Positions 9,918 through 18,743 of a DNA stretch of 64,000 nt are shown here, in pieces. Numbering within the stretch: position 1 is the stretch's first letter; each line of letters opens with the position of its first letter. The notes under the pieces are model-generated. The model saw only the letters and a program-made list of their open reading frames with translations. It was not told the origin of the DNA and searched no databases. The DNA lies in NCBI GenBank assembly GCA_963706285.1, contig CAVPLU010000004.1, positions 1 to 64,000 of the forward strand, given 5' to 3'. The translations under genes were made by a program, and so were the position numbers. The stretch is from Candidatus Bathyarchaeota archaeon (GTDB lineage: Archaea; Thermoproteota; Bathyarchaeia; 40CM-2-53-6).

Positions 9918-10583
9918 GTGAGTATCCGTAGGAAAGAACTCGGCAAGATGATCGATCACACACTCCTGAAACCCGCAGCAACTCGAGATCAAATCGAAAA
10001 ACTATGCCAGGAAGGAAAGGCCTACAATGTCCACGCTGTATGCGTAAACTCATCGTGGGTTCTTCTCGCCTTCAATGCATTGCGAGGCACCGATGTCAAG
10101 GTGGTATCGACAGTGGGCTTTCCTCTCGGGGCTTCACTTTCAGAGGTGAAAGCATTCGAGGCCAAAACCGCCGTAGATCTCGGAGCTGCCGAAGTTGACA
10201 TGGTGATGAATATCGGAGCAATGAAGTCTCAAGACCTAGCAGCTGTTCGAGGTGACATTGAGCAAGTCGTCACCGCATGCAAGAATGCTCCGGTCAAAGT
10301 CATTATCGAGACAGGGTTCCTGACCGATCAAGAGAAAATTCAGGCGTGCAAACTCGCTAAGGAAGCAGGTGCAGCTTTCGTGAAAACGGCAACTGGATTC
10401 AGCTCAACCGGTGCCACAGTTGCTGATGTTGCGTTGATGCGAAAGACGGTTGGTGATCGATTTGGAGTCAAGGCTGCCGGAGGCATCCGCACACTCAAAG
10501 AGTGCATTGCGATGATCGAGGCTGGAGCGAACAGAATTGGAAGCAGTGGCACCGTTCAAATTCTCAACGAGTGCCCGGTCTAA
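9918..10583 (+). CDS. deoC: Deoxyribose-phosphate aldolase
   Basis: IDHTLLKP, VGFPLG, VKVIIET, FVKTATGF, VKAAGGIR. Confidence 0.97.
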   Translation: MSIRRKELGKMIDHTLLKPAATRDQIEKLCQEGKAYNVHAVCVNSSWVLLAFNALRGTDVKVVSTVGFPLGASLSEVKAFEAKTAVDLGAAEVDMVMNIGAMKSQDLAAVRGDIEQVVTACKNAPVKVIIETGFLTDQEKIQACKLAKEAGAAFVKTATGFSSTGATVADVALMRKTVGDRFGVKAAGGIRTLKECIAMIEAGANRIGSSGTVQILNECPV

Positions 10584-10685
10584 CGATGGTCAATTCATCT
10601 CTCCGATCGTCAGAATTCGAATAATCATAAGATCGCTGGCTGAACTGACAATACTCAATTAGCACGGGCATGCAATGAGGACTCT

Positions 10686-10958
10686 ATGCTACAAGTCACT
10701 ATGCCCCGATTGGATGAATCCATGCATACAGGGAAGCTCATTGAGTGGTTGAGAAAAGAGGGCGATCGTGTCAAAGAAGGGGAACCGATCGCTCTGGTCG
10801 AAGGAGAAAAGACAACTTTCGAGATAGAGGCTCCGGCATCCGGCGTTCTCCATAAGACACTCCATCCAGCGGGCTCAGATGTTCCAGTCGATGAACCTAT
10901 TGCGTTGATTGCAGCCGATGCAAACAGTCAACAGGAATCAGCGAGAGCTGAAACGTAG
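10686..10958 (+). CDS. Stand-alone lipoyl-domain protein
   Basis: MPRLDESM..G.LIEW...EGD, EGEKTTFEIEAP with the lipoyl-Lys. Confidence 0.85.
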   Translation: MLQVTMPRLDESMHTGKLIEWLRKEGDRVKEGEPIALVEGEKTTFEIEAPASGVLHKTLHPAGSDVPVDEPIALIAADANSQQESARAET

Positions 10959-10980
10959 CATCCCGAGGTCGAATTACATT

Positions 10981-11412
10981 ATGTCTACATTTGCATTGGA
11001 CGACTTCGGCTTGGCCAAGAGAACACTCTCCGAGGAGGGGTTGTCTCTTGCTGTTGCGAAGAACGGCAAGCTGCTCTTTAAGAGCAAGTCTCGCGGCGTC
11101 AGCGATTTGCTTGCGATGATCCGTGAGATTGGTCAACTAGCTGAAGGCGCATCGCTCGCCGACAACATTGTAGGCAGAGCTGCGGCGCTACTCTGTGTCT
11201 ACTCCAAGATCACAAACGTCTACGGCATGACTATGAGCGAAGGCGCGATCCCGATCTTGAAAGCAAGCGGCATTCATTGCGAGTACGGAACCTTAGTTCC
11301 GAAGATACTTAATCGCGAGAAGAATGGCATCTGCCCCTTCGAGAAGGCTGTCCTAGGAATAGAGAACCCTCGCGATGCATTAGATAGGTTGAAAGCGCTC
11401 AAATTCGGTTGA
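10981..11412 (+). CDS. DUF1893 (TM1506-like) protein
   Basis: ADNIVGRAAA, V..ILNREK.GICPFEKA. Confidence 0.8.
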   Translation: MSTFALDDFGLAKRTLSEEGLSLAVAKNGKLLFKSKSRGVSDLLAMIREIGQLAEGASLADNIVGRAAALLCVYSKITNVYGMTMSEGAIPILKASGIHCEYGTLVPKILNREKNGICPFEKAVLGIENPRDALDRLKALKFG

Positions 11413-11533
11413 GACCGTTAGGAGCTTTTCAGAGTTTGTGGGTACCCTTGTGATGGCAAAATGGCATTCCCGCTCCGGGCTTCTTTAGAATGTGAAAAGG
11501 GATGTGCATCCTAACTGCGAGTATCGCGTATAG

Positions 11534-11945
11534 GTGAGCCAGACGAGCAGTCCAGAAACGGATGCACGCAAGGTGAAGTGGTGGGGATGGGGCCTTGAAT
11601 CAAAGACCTATCCGCACGATGGCAAACCGCAGTTCTGGCCCTACCTCACAACGACTCTGAAGATCACGAAACTGAATCAATGCTCGCGTGCGACACTGGA
11701 AAGCGCCAAGTCTCCACAATCGCGCTCGACAAGAGAACCTTGGCGAGGTTGAAACGAGCAATCGGCGGCGCAGACGTCTCAACAGAGAAGTACGACCGAT
11801 TGACGCACAGTCTTGGAAGATCGTATCTTGATCTTCTTGCTCTGCGTCGAGGCATTATCCGAAACGCCCCTGACGGGGGGAAATGGTCGGTCGCCTACCG
11901 GCCCGGTTCGAGATCATTCCCAAGGCGATCAAAATCATCGTCTAG
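11534..11945 (+). pseudogene. Fusion relic: 5' end of an alkyl-DHAP-synthase-like FAD oxidoreductase joined to the 3' end of a diacylglycerol-kinase-family gene
   Basis: KWWGWG and DRLTHSLGRSYLDLL...NAPD, then from 11880 EMVGRLPARFEIIPKAIKIIV* (TAG 11943-11945). Confidence 0.65.
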
Positions 11946-11997
11946 CGCTCGGTCTGGCGTCTTCCTCAGCTGATACGTTCGGCTTGAGTAGTATCCT

Positions 11998-12738
11998 CTA
12001 CACGATCGGGGGACCGACTGTGAAGTGTTCTGCTTTCTTCAAGAGTTCCTGTGAGACATCATAGGAGCCTTGGTAGTGAGCGAATTTTTTCTTGATGAAA
12101 TTCTGCCACAAGTCTCGATCTATGTAGAAGACTCTTGCTCCGCCCAGCTCGGTCTGGAATTCTGGATAGGCTTTCGATTTGTGAGCCCATTGCAAGCCGA
12201 TGACGCGGAATCCATTGTAGCTTTCGAAGCACGCCTCCCACATGTCAGCGCCAAGATAGTCAAAGGCGTACTCGGCTTTGGCGTAGTAGAGAGCAGGTCC
12301 CGCGTCGACGCCTCTCATGAAGCTCATTGTGTGGAGGCTGTAGGCGGTCTTTTCGTTGAACATTCGTGCGTTGGCCAAGCCTGCGAGTTGGCCATCGATT
12401 ATGCCAACGAACGTGTAGGCGTCTTTGATCCTGTGGATCTTCTGGGCGAGAACTTCGCCGTATGTTCTAACGCCTACTATGTCATAGAAGTCCTTCGGGA
12501 TGAACATGTACGGCTTGATCGCCTCCAACAATTGGTCAAACTCATCATCTCTGAGAGATCTGACCACCATTTGCTGGCCGCCTCTCAGAGTGACGACCTT
12601 AGGTTTCCACGGCTTCTCTCTGATGATCTCCATTTCTGGGACGCCGCATCTGAGGATGGGCTCCATGTCTTCGACCTTGAGTCTGTGTTCGGGATAAGCA
12701 ACCGTTTCAGGCGGAGGATAGTAAGTTGAACTCACCAT
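11998..12738 (-). CDS. GNAT-fold N-acetyltransferase-like protein, paralog A
   Basis: GNAT-like VGIIDGQLAGLANAR; shares DFYDIV, ES..GFR and ELGGA with 32626-33292. Confidence 0.6.
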   Translation of the reverse strand: MVSSTYYPPPETVAYPEHRLKVEDMEPILRCGVPEMEIIREKPWKPKVVTLRGGQQMVVRSLRDDEFDQLLEAIKPYMFIPKDFYDIVGVRTYGEVLAQKIHRIKDAYTFVGIIDGQLAGLANARMFNEKTAYSLHTMSFMRGVDAGPALYYAKAEYAFDYLGADMWEACFESYNGFRVIGLQWAHKSKAYPEFQTELGGARVFYIDRDLWQNFIKKKFAHYQGSYDVSQELLKKAEHFTVGPPIV

Positions 12739-12872
12739 CAATACCTCGCATGCGTATTTCAGACTCAACTTGGTATTAATGTTGATAATACGCCACGAAT
12801 TGTTACTTCGTATTCGCTATCTCTAGATGCTAACCGTGGACGAGTTCGAGTAACCCAGGCGCGACACTAGGG

Positions 12873-13796
12873 TTATGCTAGATCACCTAGCTGAAGCTCA
12901 CTGGCAATGGATTCGGTTTCTTCCTTTCCGAGCGCAATATCTCGGACTAGACTTAGCGCTAGTATTGTACCGACTGCGATATCGATCCCAGACGTGTGCC
13001 CTCTAGGCAGAAGTGTCTCGAAGGCCATGACCGCCGCATCTTCGTTTTCGCTGATAACAGAATCTATCAAGACTTGCAGTTGCTCGTCTACGATCAGGTG
13101 TTGTATGTAGTCCAGCAACTTTGCGCTGATCCAGCTAGTCTTCTCTTCCAGCAGTCGCGATTCCAATAGAACTGGCTCACGTCCGATGGCCTCTACAAAT
13201 GAATTGTATGCCAGAAGGAATCCTCCCAGTACGTCATCGCCTGATGGAGTGAATCCTGCTCCTAAGCCAACAATCTTCAGCGAGGTTTCCTGAAATCGTC
13301 GATCCATTCCCGATCGTCGCAGAGGAATGATGCCATCGGACACGAAGTCAACTATCCCTGCGTGGGTGATAGCATGAGGATCCATCGCGCTTTGACTCAC
13401 GTCTATGATGCTCAAGATGAATGAGACAACATGCAAGACTTTTCCGATCTGCGCGAATTCGGATCCAAGTCTACTAGGATGCGCTAGTTGACTTTGGTAA
13501 GTTGATGCTTCGCTGAGGTCGATGACGAAGTCTGCTCCTATCTGAATTTCCTCTCCATGAGCATAGAGGAGTTCCAGCTGTTTGATTCCCTCTAGGTTGC
13601 TTGCTGTGTCGAGATTGATTGTTATCGGAGATCGCACCGAACGATTTGTGACAAATACGAGATCTCCGGTGCTGGTCTTCAAGTAGAATGAATTCGGGAA
13701 AGTGTTGACTACTCGTCCAGCGATTTCGGGATCGCTAGTGTGCAGTGCTTTGAGTGCGAGTGAGCCTACGTATTCGGCTCGCAGGGTGGCTGGCAA
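12873..13796 (-). CDS. DUF2877 / YlbF (AllH-like) protein
   Basis: GLGAGFTPSGDDVLGG and GHTSGID motifs. Confidence 0.85.
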   Translation of the reverse strand: MPATLRAEYVGSLALKALHTSDPEIAGRVVNTFPNSFYLKTSTGDLVFVTNRSVRSPITINLDTASNLEGIKQLELLYAHGEEIQIGADFVIDLSEASTYQSQLAHPSRLGSEFAQIGKVLHVVSFILSIIDVSQSAMDPHAITHAGIVDFVSDGIIPLRRSGMDRRFQETSLKIVGLGAGFTPSGDDVLGGFLLAYNSFVEAIGREPVLLESRLLEEKTSWISAKLLDYIQHLIVDEQLQVLIDSVISENEDAAVMAFETLLPRGHTSGIDIAVGTILALSLVRDIALGKEETESIASELQLGDLA

Positions 13797-13805
13797 GCTT
13801 CGTCC

Positions 13806-15089
13806 TTAGATGCCGTACCTCTGTGCGTATGATTTGAGTGCTTGCTTGAACATGTCAAGCGGGAAGGAAACCATACCTGCGCCGACTTGTCCTATTCCAG
13901 CGTCTTTGTGAGCGATTCCTGTGTTGATGGTTGGTGTGATTCCGGTCCTGACGACTTTGCGTAGATCGACTCCGGTAGGAGTTCCTTGGAAGTCAAGGAA
14001 TGGGATGATGAAGTACTTGTTCTTGGTTTGGGTGATCTCGTACATCTTCTGAGTATTCTCGATGGCGTAAGCAACGGATCCGCCGACCCAGGAAACGATT
14101 CCCGGTGCGGCTGCCATTGCAAATCCGCCGTAGCCTGCGGTTTCTGTGATCGCGCTGTCTCCTAGGTCAGGGTTTGCGTCTTTCTCGCTGTAACCTGGGA
14201 ACCAGACACCTTTTGGTACTGGTGCTGGGGCCGTGAACCATTCATTGTTGAGTCCGCTAACCCAGATTCCGGCGTCTGTTCCGTTTCTTGTAAGCACGGT
14301 CACGATTGTGCTGTACTTGATGCCGTGAGCAGCGAGAGTCATCGCCTTTCCGCTCGCCATGCCCAAATTGAGTAGGGTGAAGTTGTTCTGAGCCATGAAG
14401 TTGAACGACTCGATCAGTGTCTTCTTGTCGAGTCCGGACTGCATCATGTAGGGCGTAATCTCGCGCAGGAAGAGTGAGGTGGCTGCGTTGTAGCGGTTGT
14501 GGCAGTCATCGCCCATGGTCAGTGCTTGGATAATTATGGGTTTCATTGCGACGCCATCTTTCTCTTTCTTGATCTCCTTGAGAGTTGCTTCAAGCGTCGT
14601 TGCGAGCGTGTCACGCATCCAAGTGAGTCTTTGGATTACTTCGCTTGAGTAGGCTCCGTACCTGAGGACCTTGCCTATGCCTTCGTTCAGGTTTGAGTAC
14701 GTCTCATTGGCGTACTTGCGATCGCGAACCGCGTAGACAGGCATGTTTGGCGAGATGATGCCCGCCATTGGTCCGGCGGCGTTGTGGTGATGATTTGGGA
14801 CAAATGTGATTTGGCCGGATTTCGCGAGCTTCTCCGCCTCGGGTCCATCACGCGCCCAGCCTTCGTAAATTGACGCTCCCATGACGGCACCTTTCATCGG
14901 GCCGCTCATACGATTCCATTCGATGGGCGGTCCCGCATGCAAAAGCATCTTCTCTTTCATGCCAGGGATGACCCTTCGGGCTAGTCCCATATCGACCCAC
15001 ACAGGGTCAGATTCCATCATCCTTTCGACAGCCTGCTGATTGGCCCTCTCAATCTCGTCCTTTATCGGGCCGGGACTCTGTGATGTCAA
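13806..15089 (-). CDS. DUF1116 / YlbE (AllG-like) protein
   Basis: LLHAGPPI, GPMAGIISP, ALTMGDDCHNR, DLGDSAITE, INTGIAHK..GIGQVGAG. Confidence 0.92.
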   Translation of the reverse strand: MTSQSPGPIKDEIERANQQAVERMMESDPVWVDMGLARRVIPGMKEKMLLHAGPPIEWNRMSGPMKGAVMGASIYEGWARDGPEAEKLAKSGQITFVPNHHHNAAGPMAGIISPNMPVYAVRDRKYANETYSNLNEGIGKVLRYGAYSSEVIQRLTWMRDTLATTLEATLKEIKKEKDGVAMKPIIIQALTMGDDCHNRYNAATSLFLREITPYMMQSGLDKKTLIESFNFMAQNNFTLLNLGMASGKAMTLAAHGIKYSTIVTVLTRNGTDAGIWVSGLNNEWFTAPAPVPKGVWFPGYSEKDANPDLGDSAITETAGYGGFAMAAAPGIVSWVGGSVAYAIENTQKMYEITQTKNKYFIIPFLDFQGTPTGVDLRKVVRTGITPTINTGIAHKDAGIGQVGAGMVSFPLDMFKQALKSYAQRYGI

Positions 15090-15187
15090 AAAGAAGTCTC
15101 ACCTGTTCGTTGAACCTTACCCAAAGTATAAGAGAATTTTGAAACACTTAACTCGTGTCCGCAGATAGTGAGTGCTGGCGTAGCAGA

Positions 15188-16807
15188 TTGAGTATCGTAC
15201 GCAACGTGGTGAAAAGGAACTTTCACCGAGACTCAGTTCGACTTCTTCATCTCTCAGAGGAGGCGAAGAAGATTGACGGCATCAAGGACGCAGCGGTTGT
15301 CATGGGCACGACAACCAACAAGGAGATTCTGCAGAAGCTTGACCTTCTTACGAACGAGGGCAGAGCGGCCTTGGAAAGTGACATGATACTTGCCGTGATA
15401 GCTGACTCTCAGTCAATCATAGACGGCGCCATGAAACAGATTGAGGAAATGATTCTCAAGCCACCCTCCGCCAAGGGGCGCTCATTCTACAGCGTCGATG
15501 CAGCGCTGCAGGCAGTTCCTGACGCGAACCTTGCGATAGTCTCGATACCCGGGGAACACGCAAGGGAGGTCGTCCTGAAGCTTCTCGACAAGGGTCTCAG
15601 CGTGCATCTGTTCAGTGACCATGTTCCGCCAGAACATGAGCTTGAGCTAAAGCAATACGCGCACGAGAAAGGCCTGCTAGTAATGGGCCCCGGAGCTGGG
15701 ACATCAATAGTTAGCGGAAAAGCGATCGCGTTTGCCAACGTCGTGAAGAAAGGTAAGATAGGTGTAGTAGCTGCTGCTGGAACGGGGCTCCAAGAGGTCA
15801 CGGTTCTCCTGAGCGAAGCCGGACTAGGGGTTTCTCAGGCGCTAGGCACTGGTGGAGGAGATGTCAAAGCCAAGATAGGAGGCATTACAACGCTCCAGTC
15901 CATCGATGCGTTTGAGCAGGATCCTGCAACAACCATGGTACTCGTGGTTTCAAAGCCACCTGACACAGACGTGAAAAAGAGAATTCTCGATCACATAGCA
16001 AGTAAAACCAAGAAGCAATATGTGACGTGTTTCGTAGGCCCAGAGAGCTACGCGGTTCCAGCAAATGCCCGAGGACGAATCAAAGCAACGAAAACACTTC
16101 ACGCCGCCGTCTTGGAGACCGTGAAAGCCGCCGAGCCCAATCATCACGCAGAGATAGTCAGTCGTTTCTCGATGTCTCAGAATGAACTTGCAGCTCTCGC
16201 AAGCAAGATCTCAAATGGATTGAGCGAGAGGCAGAGATGGATCAGAGGATTATACACTGGCGGAACATTCGCCTACGAGGCTCTCGTGCTGCTGGGGCGA
16301 ATGATTGGTGATGTCTACTCTAATGCGCCAATTGATGCCAAACTGAAGCTTGTCGATTCCTACAAGAGCTTGAAGGACTCAATCGTTGATTTGGGCGAGG
16401 AGGAATTCACTGAAGGTAGAGCGCATCCCATGATAGACCCAACGATTCGAAAGATGAGGCTCGTTGAAGAGGCGAACGATCCCGAAGTTGCCGTAATCAT
16501 GATGGATTTCATGCTCGGGTATGGTTCCCACTCTGACCCCGCCGGAGCCATGCTCAGCGCAATCTCGGATGCGAAGAACATCGCAAAAAAGAACGGGAGA
16601 TCACTGCCCATACTTGCGCACGTGTGCGGAACCGAGCAGGATCCGCAGCCTCTGTCAGAGCAGGTTGCGAAGCTACGGAATGCCGGAGTCGAAGTGTTTC
16701 CAACAAACGCGCTCATGGTTATCGCGAGTGCCCTCATCTCAAGAAAAGGAAATATCGCCAACTCGATCATGGAAGATGTTTACGATGCTTTCCTCGCGGG
16801 GTTCTAG
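15188..16807 (+). CDS. fdrA: FdrA (AllF-like, acyl-CoA synthetase fold)
   Basis: DSVRL, LFSDHV, MGPGAGT, GTGLQEV, GLYTGGT, GRAHPMID with the phospho-His. Confidence 0.9.
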   Translation: MSIVRNVVKRNFHRDSVRLLHLSEEAKKIDGIKDAAVVMGTTTNKEILQKLDLLTNEGRAALESDMILAVIADSQSIIDGAMKQIEEMILKPPSAKGRSFYSVDAALQAVPDANLAIVSIPGEHAREVVLKLLDKGLSVHLFSDHVPPEHELELKQYAHEKGLLVMGPGAGTSIVSGKAIAFANVVKKGKIGVVAAAGTGLQEVTVLLSEAGLGVSQALGTGGGDVKAKIGGITTLQSIDAFEQDPATTMVLVVSKPPDTDVKKRILDHIASKTKKQYVTCFVGPESYAVPANARGRIKATKTLHAAVLETVKAAEPNHHAEIVSRFSMSQNELAALASKISNGLSERQRWIRGLYTGGTFAYEALVLLGRMIGDVYSNAPIDAKLKLVDSYKSLKDSIVDLGEEEFTEGRAHPMIDPTIRKMRLVEEANDPEVAVIMMDFMLGYGSHSDPAGAMLSAISDAKNIAKKNGRSLPILAHVCGTEQDPQPLSEQVAKLRNAGVEVFPTNALMVIASALISRKGNIANSIMEDVYDAFLAGF

Positions 16808-16821
16808 TTGGAGGGATTGTT

Positions 16822-16995
16822 TTGGTCGACAAAATCTTGAAGCTCTTCTCTTCTGATCTCAAAGTCATCAATATTGGACTTGAGATCTTCAACGACGCTT
16901 TGAAAGCCCAAGGTGTCGACTCCGTTCAAGTATCATGGCAGCCGCCTCCCAAACTTGAGAAAGAGTACGAGGACATACTGGCAAAGATACTCTAG
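16822..16995 (+). CDS. Small FdrA-associated domain protein (57 aa)
   Basis: TTG start after GGAGGG; VINIGLEIF...QGVDSVQVSWQPP. Confidence 0.75.
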   Translation: MVDKILKLFSSDLKVINIGLEIFNDALKAQGVDSVQVSWQPPPKLEKEYEDILAKIL

Positions 16996-17350
16996 ACGGC
17001 TCGGTGACACCTAGCCTAATGAGACCGCCATGATCAGCTAGTGTCTAGGCGGGTTCTCCTGAACCAGTAGGACATCAACGTTTCAGTGTAGAATACCTAT
17101 ATTCCGTCAGTCATGCACTCTTGAATCGATTAACGATGTCTGATGAAAAGCCTCCAATAATAGTGAGCGTAATCAACCCAACACACGCGATGCAAGTTCG
17201 GTCCGACACACACGACTCCCAGGATCAGGAATCTCCTTCCTAATACATGACAACCGAAGGCGCAAGCAGCGTATTCTGGAGACTCAGTTCGTGAGCTACG
17301 GTCCTGTGCCTGACTATCGTCAGTCAAGCACCTGCAAGACTCGGTGTTCC

Positions 17351-17861
17351 TCAGCGTTTTGCAGCCTGCGGTGCGGTTGATTTTGTCTGATTTTGTTCTT
17401 TCGCGCATTCGAGTATAGCTTCGATCATTTGCTTGTAGGTTCCACATCGGCAAATATGCCCGCTTAGATGCTCTCTGATTTCGTTCTCTGTCGGATTTGG
17501 ATTCGTTGAGAGTAGATAGTGTGCTGTCAACACGAATGATGGCGTGCAGAATCCGCATTGCATGGCTCCCTTTTCGACAAAATGCTTCTGTATCGGAGAA
17601 AGTTGTCCTTCAGGTGCCAGCCCCTCGGCTGTTATGATGTCTCTGCCATCTGCTTCCACTGCGAGACACAAGGCAGGACTTTACGGGTTTGCCGTCAAGC
17701 AGGACTGTGCATAGGCCACATTCTCCTCTCCAGCATCCAGCCTTGACGCTCTTCACACCTGCCTTGTCGCGAATCGCATCTAGGAGGAGTTCGTTGTCTT
17801 TGATCTCGAGCTTTCGATCTACACCGTTGATCTTGATGCTGATCGCACGTGTCATTTTCAT
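17351..17861 (-). CDS. Mo-hydroxylase 2x[2Fe-2S] small subunit, copy 2 (frameshift ~17665)
   Basis: GCWRGECGLCTV, QCGFCTP, HICRCGTY. Confidence 0.92.
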
Positions 17862-18742
17862 CAGCTCCCGAGTAGTCTGCGGAATGCTTTGATTGATAGT
17901 ACCTCAAGGATGTGTGATCGGTACTCTGCTTTTGCAAGAACATCTGTCATCGGTTCAGTTGACTTCTTGATTATGCCAGCTGCTTCATCGATCAGTTGTG
18001 GAACAGGACTCTTACGTTTGAACAGGTCTTCAATTTCTTGTACTCTCGCCGGTTTTGAAGCAATCGCGCCGTAAGCGAATCTCACTGTCCTGTTTTCAGG
18101 TTTGGTGGGATTTGCGCATAATGCTGCTAAGCTTGCGATGCTGAATTCACTGCTTGACGTGTGTTTCAGGAATAGGCTCTTTGAGTTTTCGGGTGGAGAT
18201 TTCAGATGGATCGCGACGGCAAGTTCGTTTGGTTCGAGTGCAGTCTCCGCAATTCCTTTAATGAATTCAGTGATGGGGATGTGTCGCCTTCCCTTGACGC
18301 TGGCTGCTTCGATCTCCGCGTCGAAGATTAGGAGTGGTGTTGGGCCGTCTACGAATGGAAGTGCTTCGCAAATGTCTCCCAACAGTGTTGAGCGATTCCT
18401 AAGAACCGGGTCGCTGAGAAGAGAGATACAATCTTGCAGGGCTGTGTATTTCTGCTTCAGTGGTGCAAAAGCTAGAAGCTCATTCATGGTTGTGGTGGCG
18501 CCGATCGTCAAGCCTTTGGCGTCGTCGTCACGGAGCATGTGGAGTTCGTCGATCGCTTTGATGTCTATGACCCATCGGGGGTCAACGAGTCTTTCCTTCA
18601 TGAATGCGAGCAGCCCGATTCCGCCAGCCATGATCTTCGCTTCGTCTTTATGCTCGTCCAGTAATTGTAGAGCCTCCTGCAGTGTCTTCGGCTTGAGGTA
18701 CTGGAAGTCGGGGAGTGTCAAGTATGGTGATCCGAATGACAT
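17861..18742 (-). CDS. Mo-hydroxylase FAD subunit, copy 2
   Basis: FQYLKPKTLQEAL, IMAGGIGL, LRNRSTLLGDIC. Confidence 0.9.
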   Translation of the reverse strand: MSFGSPYLTLPDFQYLKPKTLQEALQLLDEHKDEAKIMAGGIGLLAFMKERLVDPRWVIDIKAIDELHMLRDDDAKGLTIGATTTMNELLAFAPLKQKYTALQDCISLLSDPVLRNRSTLLGDICEALPFVDGPTPLLIFDAEIEAASVKGRRHIPITEFIKGIAETALEPNELAVAIHLKSPPENSKSLFLKHTSSSEFSIASLAALCANPTKPENRTVRFAYGAIASKPARVQEIEDLFKRKSPVPQLIDEAAGIIKKSTEPMTDVLAKAEYRSHILEVLSIKAFRRLLGS

Positions 18743-18743
18743 C

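Noticed and set aside
12070-12729. Long antisense ORFs (also 18102-18812, 22513-22995 and others)
   Set aside because: They overlap well-supported genes on the opposite strand and show no recognisable motifs.
17000-17345. Small ORF (MSDEKPPIIVSV...) or sRNA between the fdrA block and the Mo operon
   Set aside because: No recognisable protein motif, C/D box pair or convincing structure.
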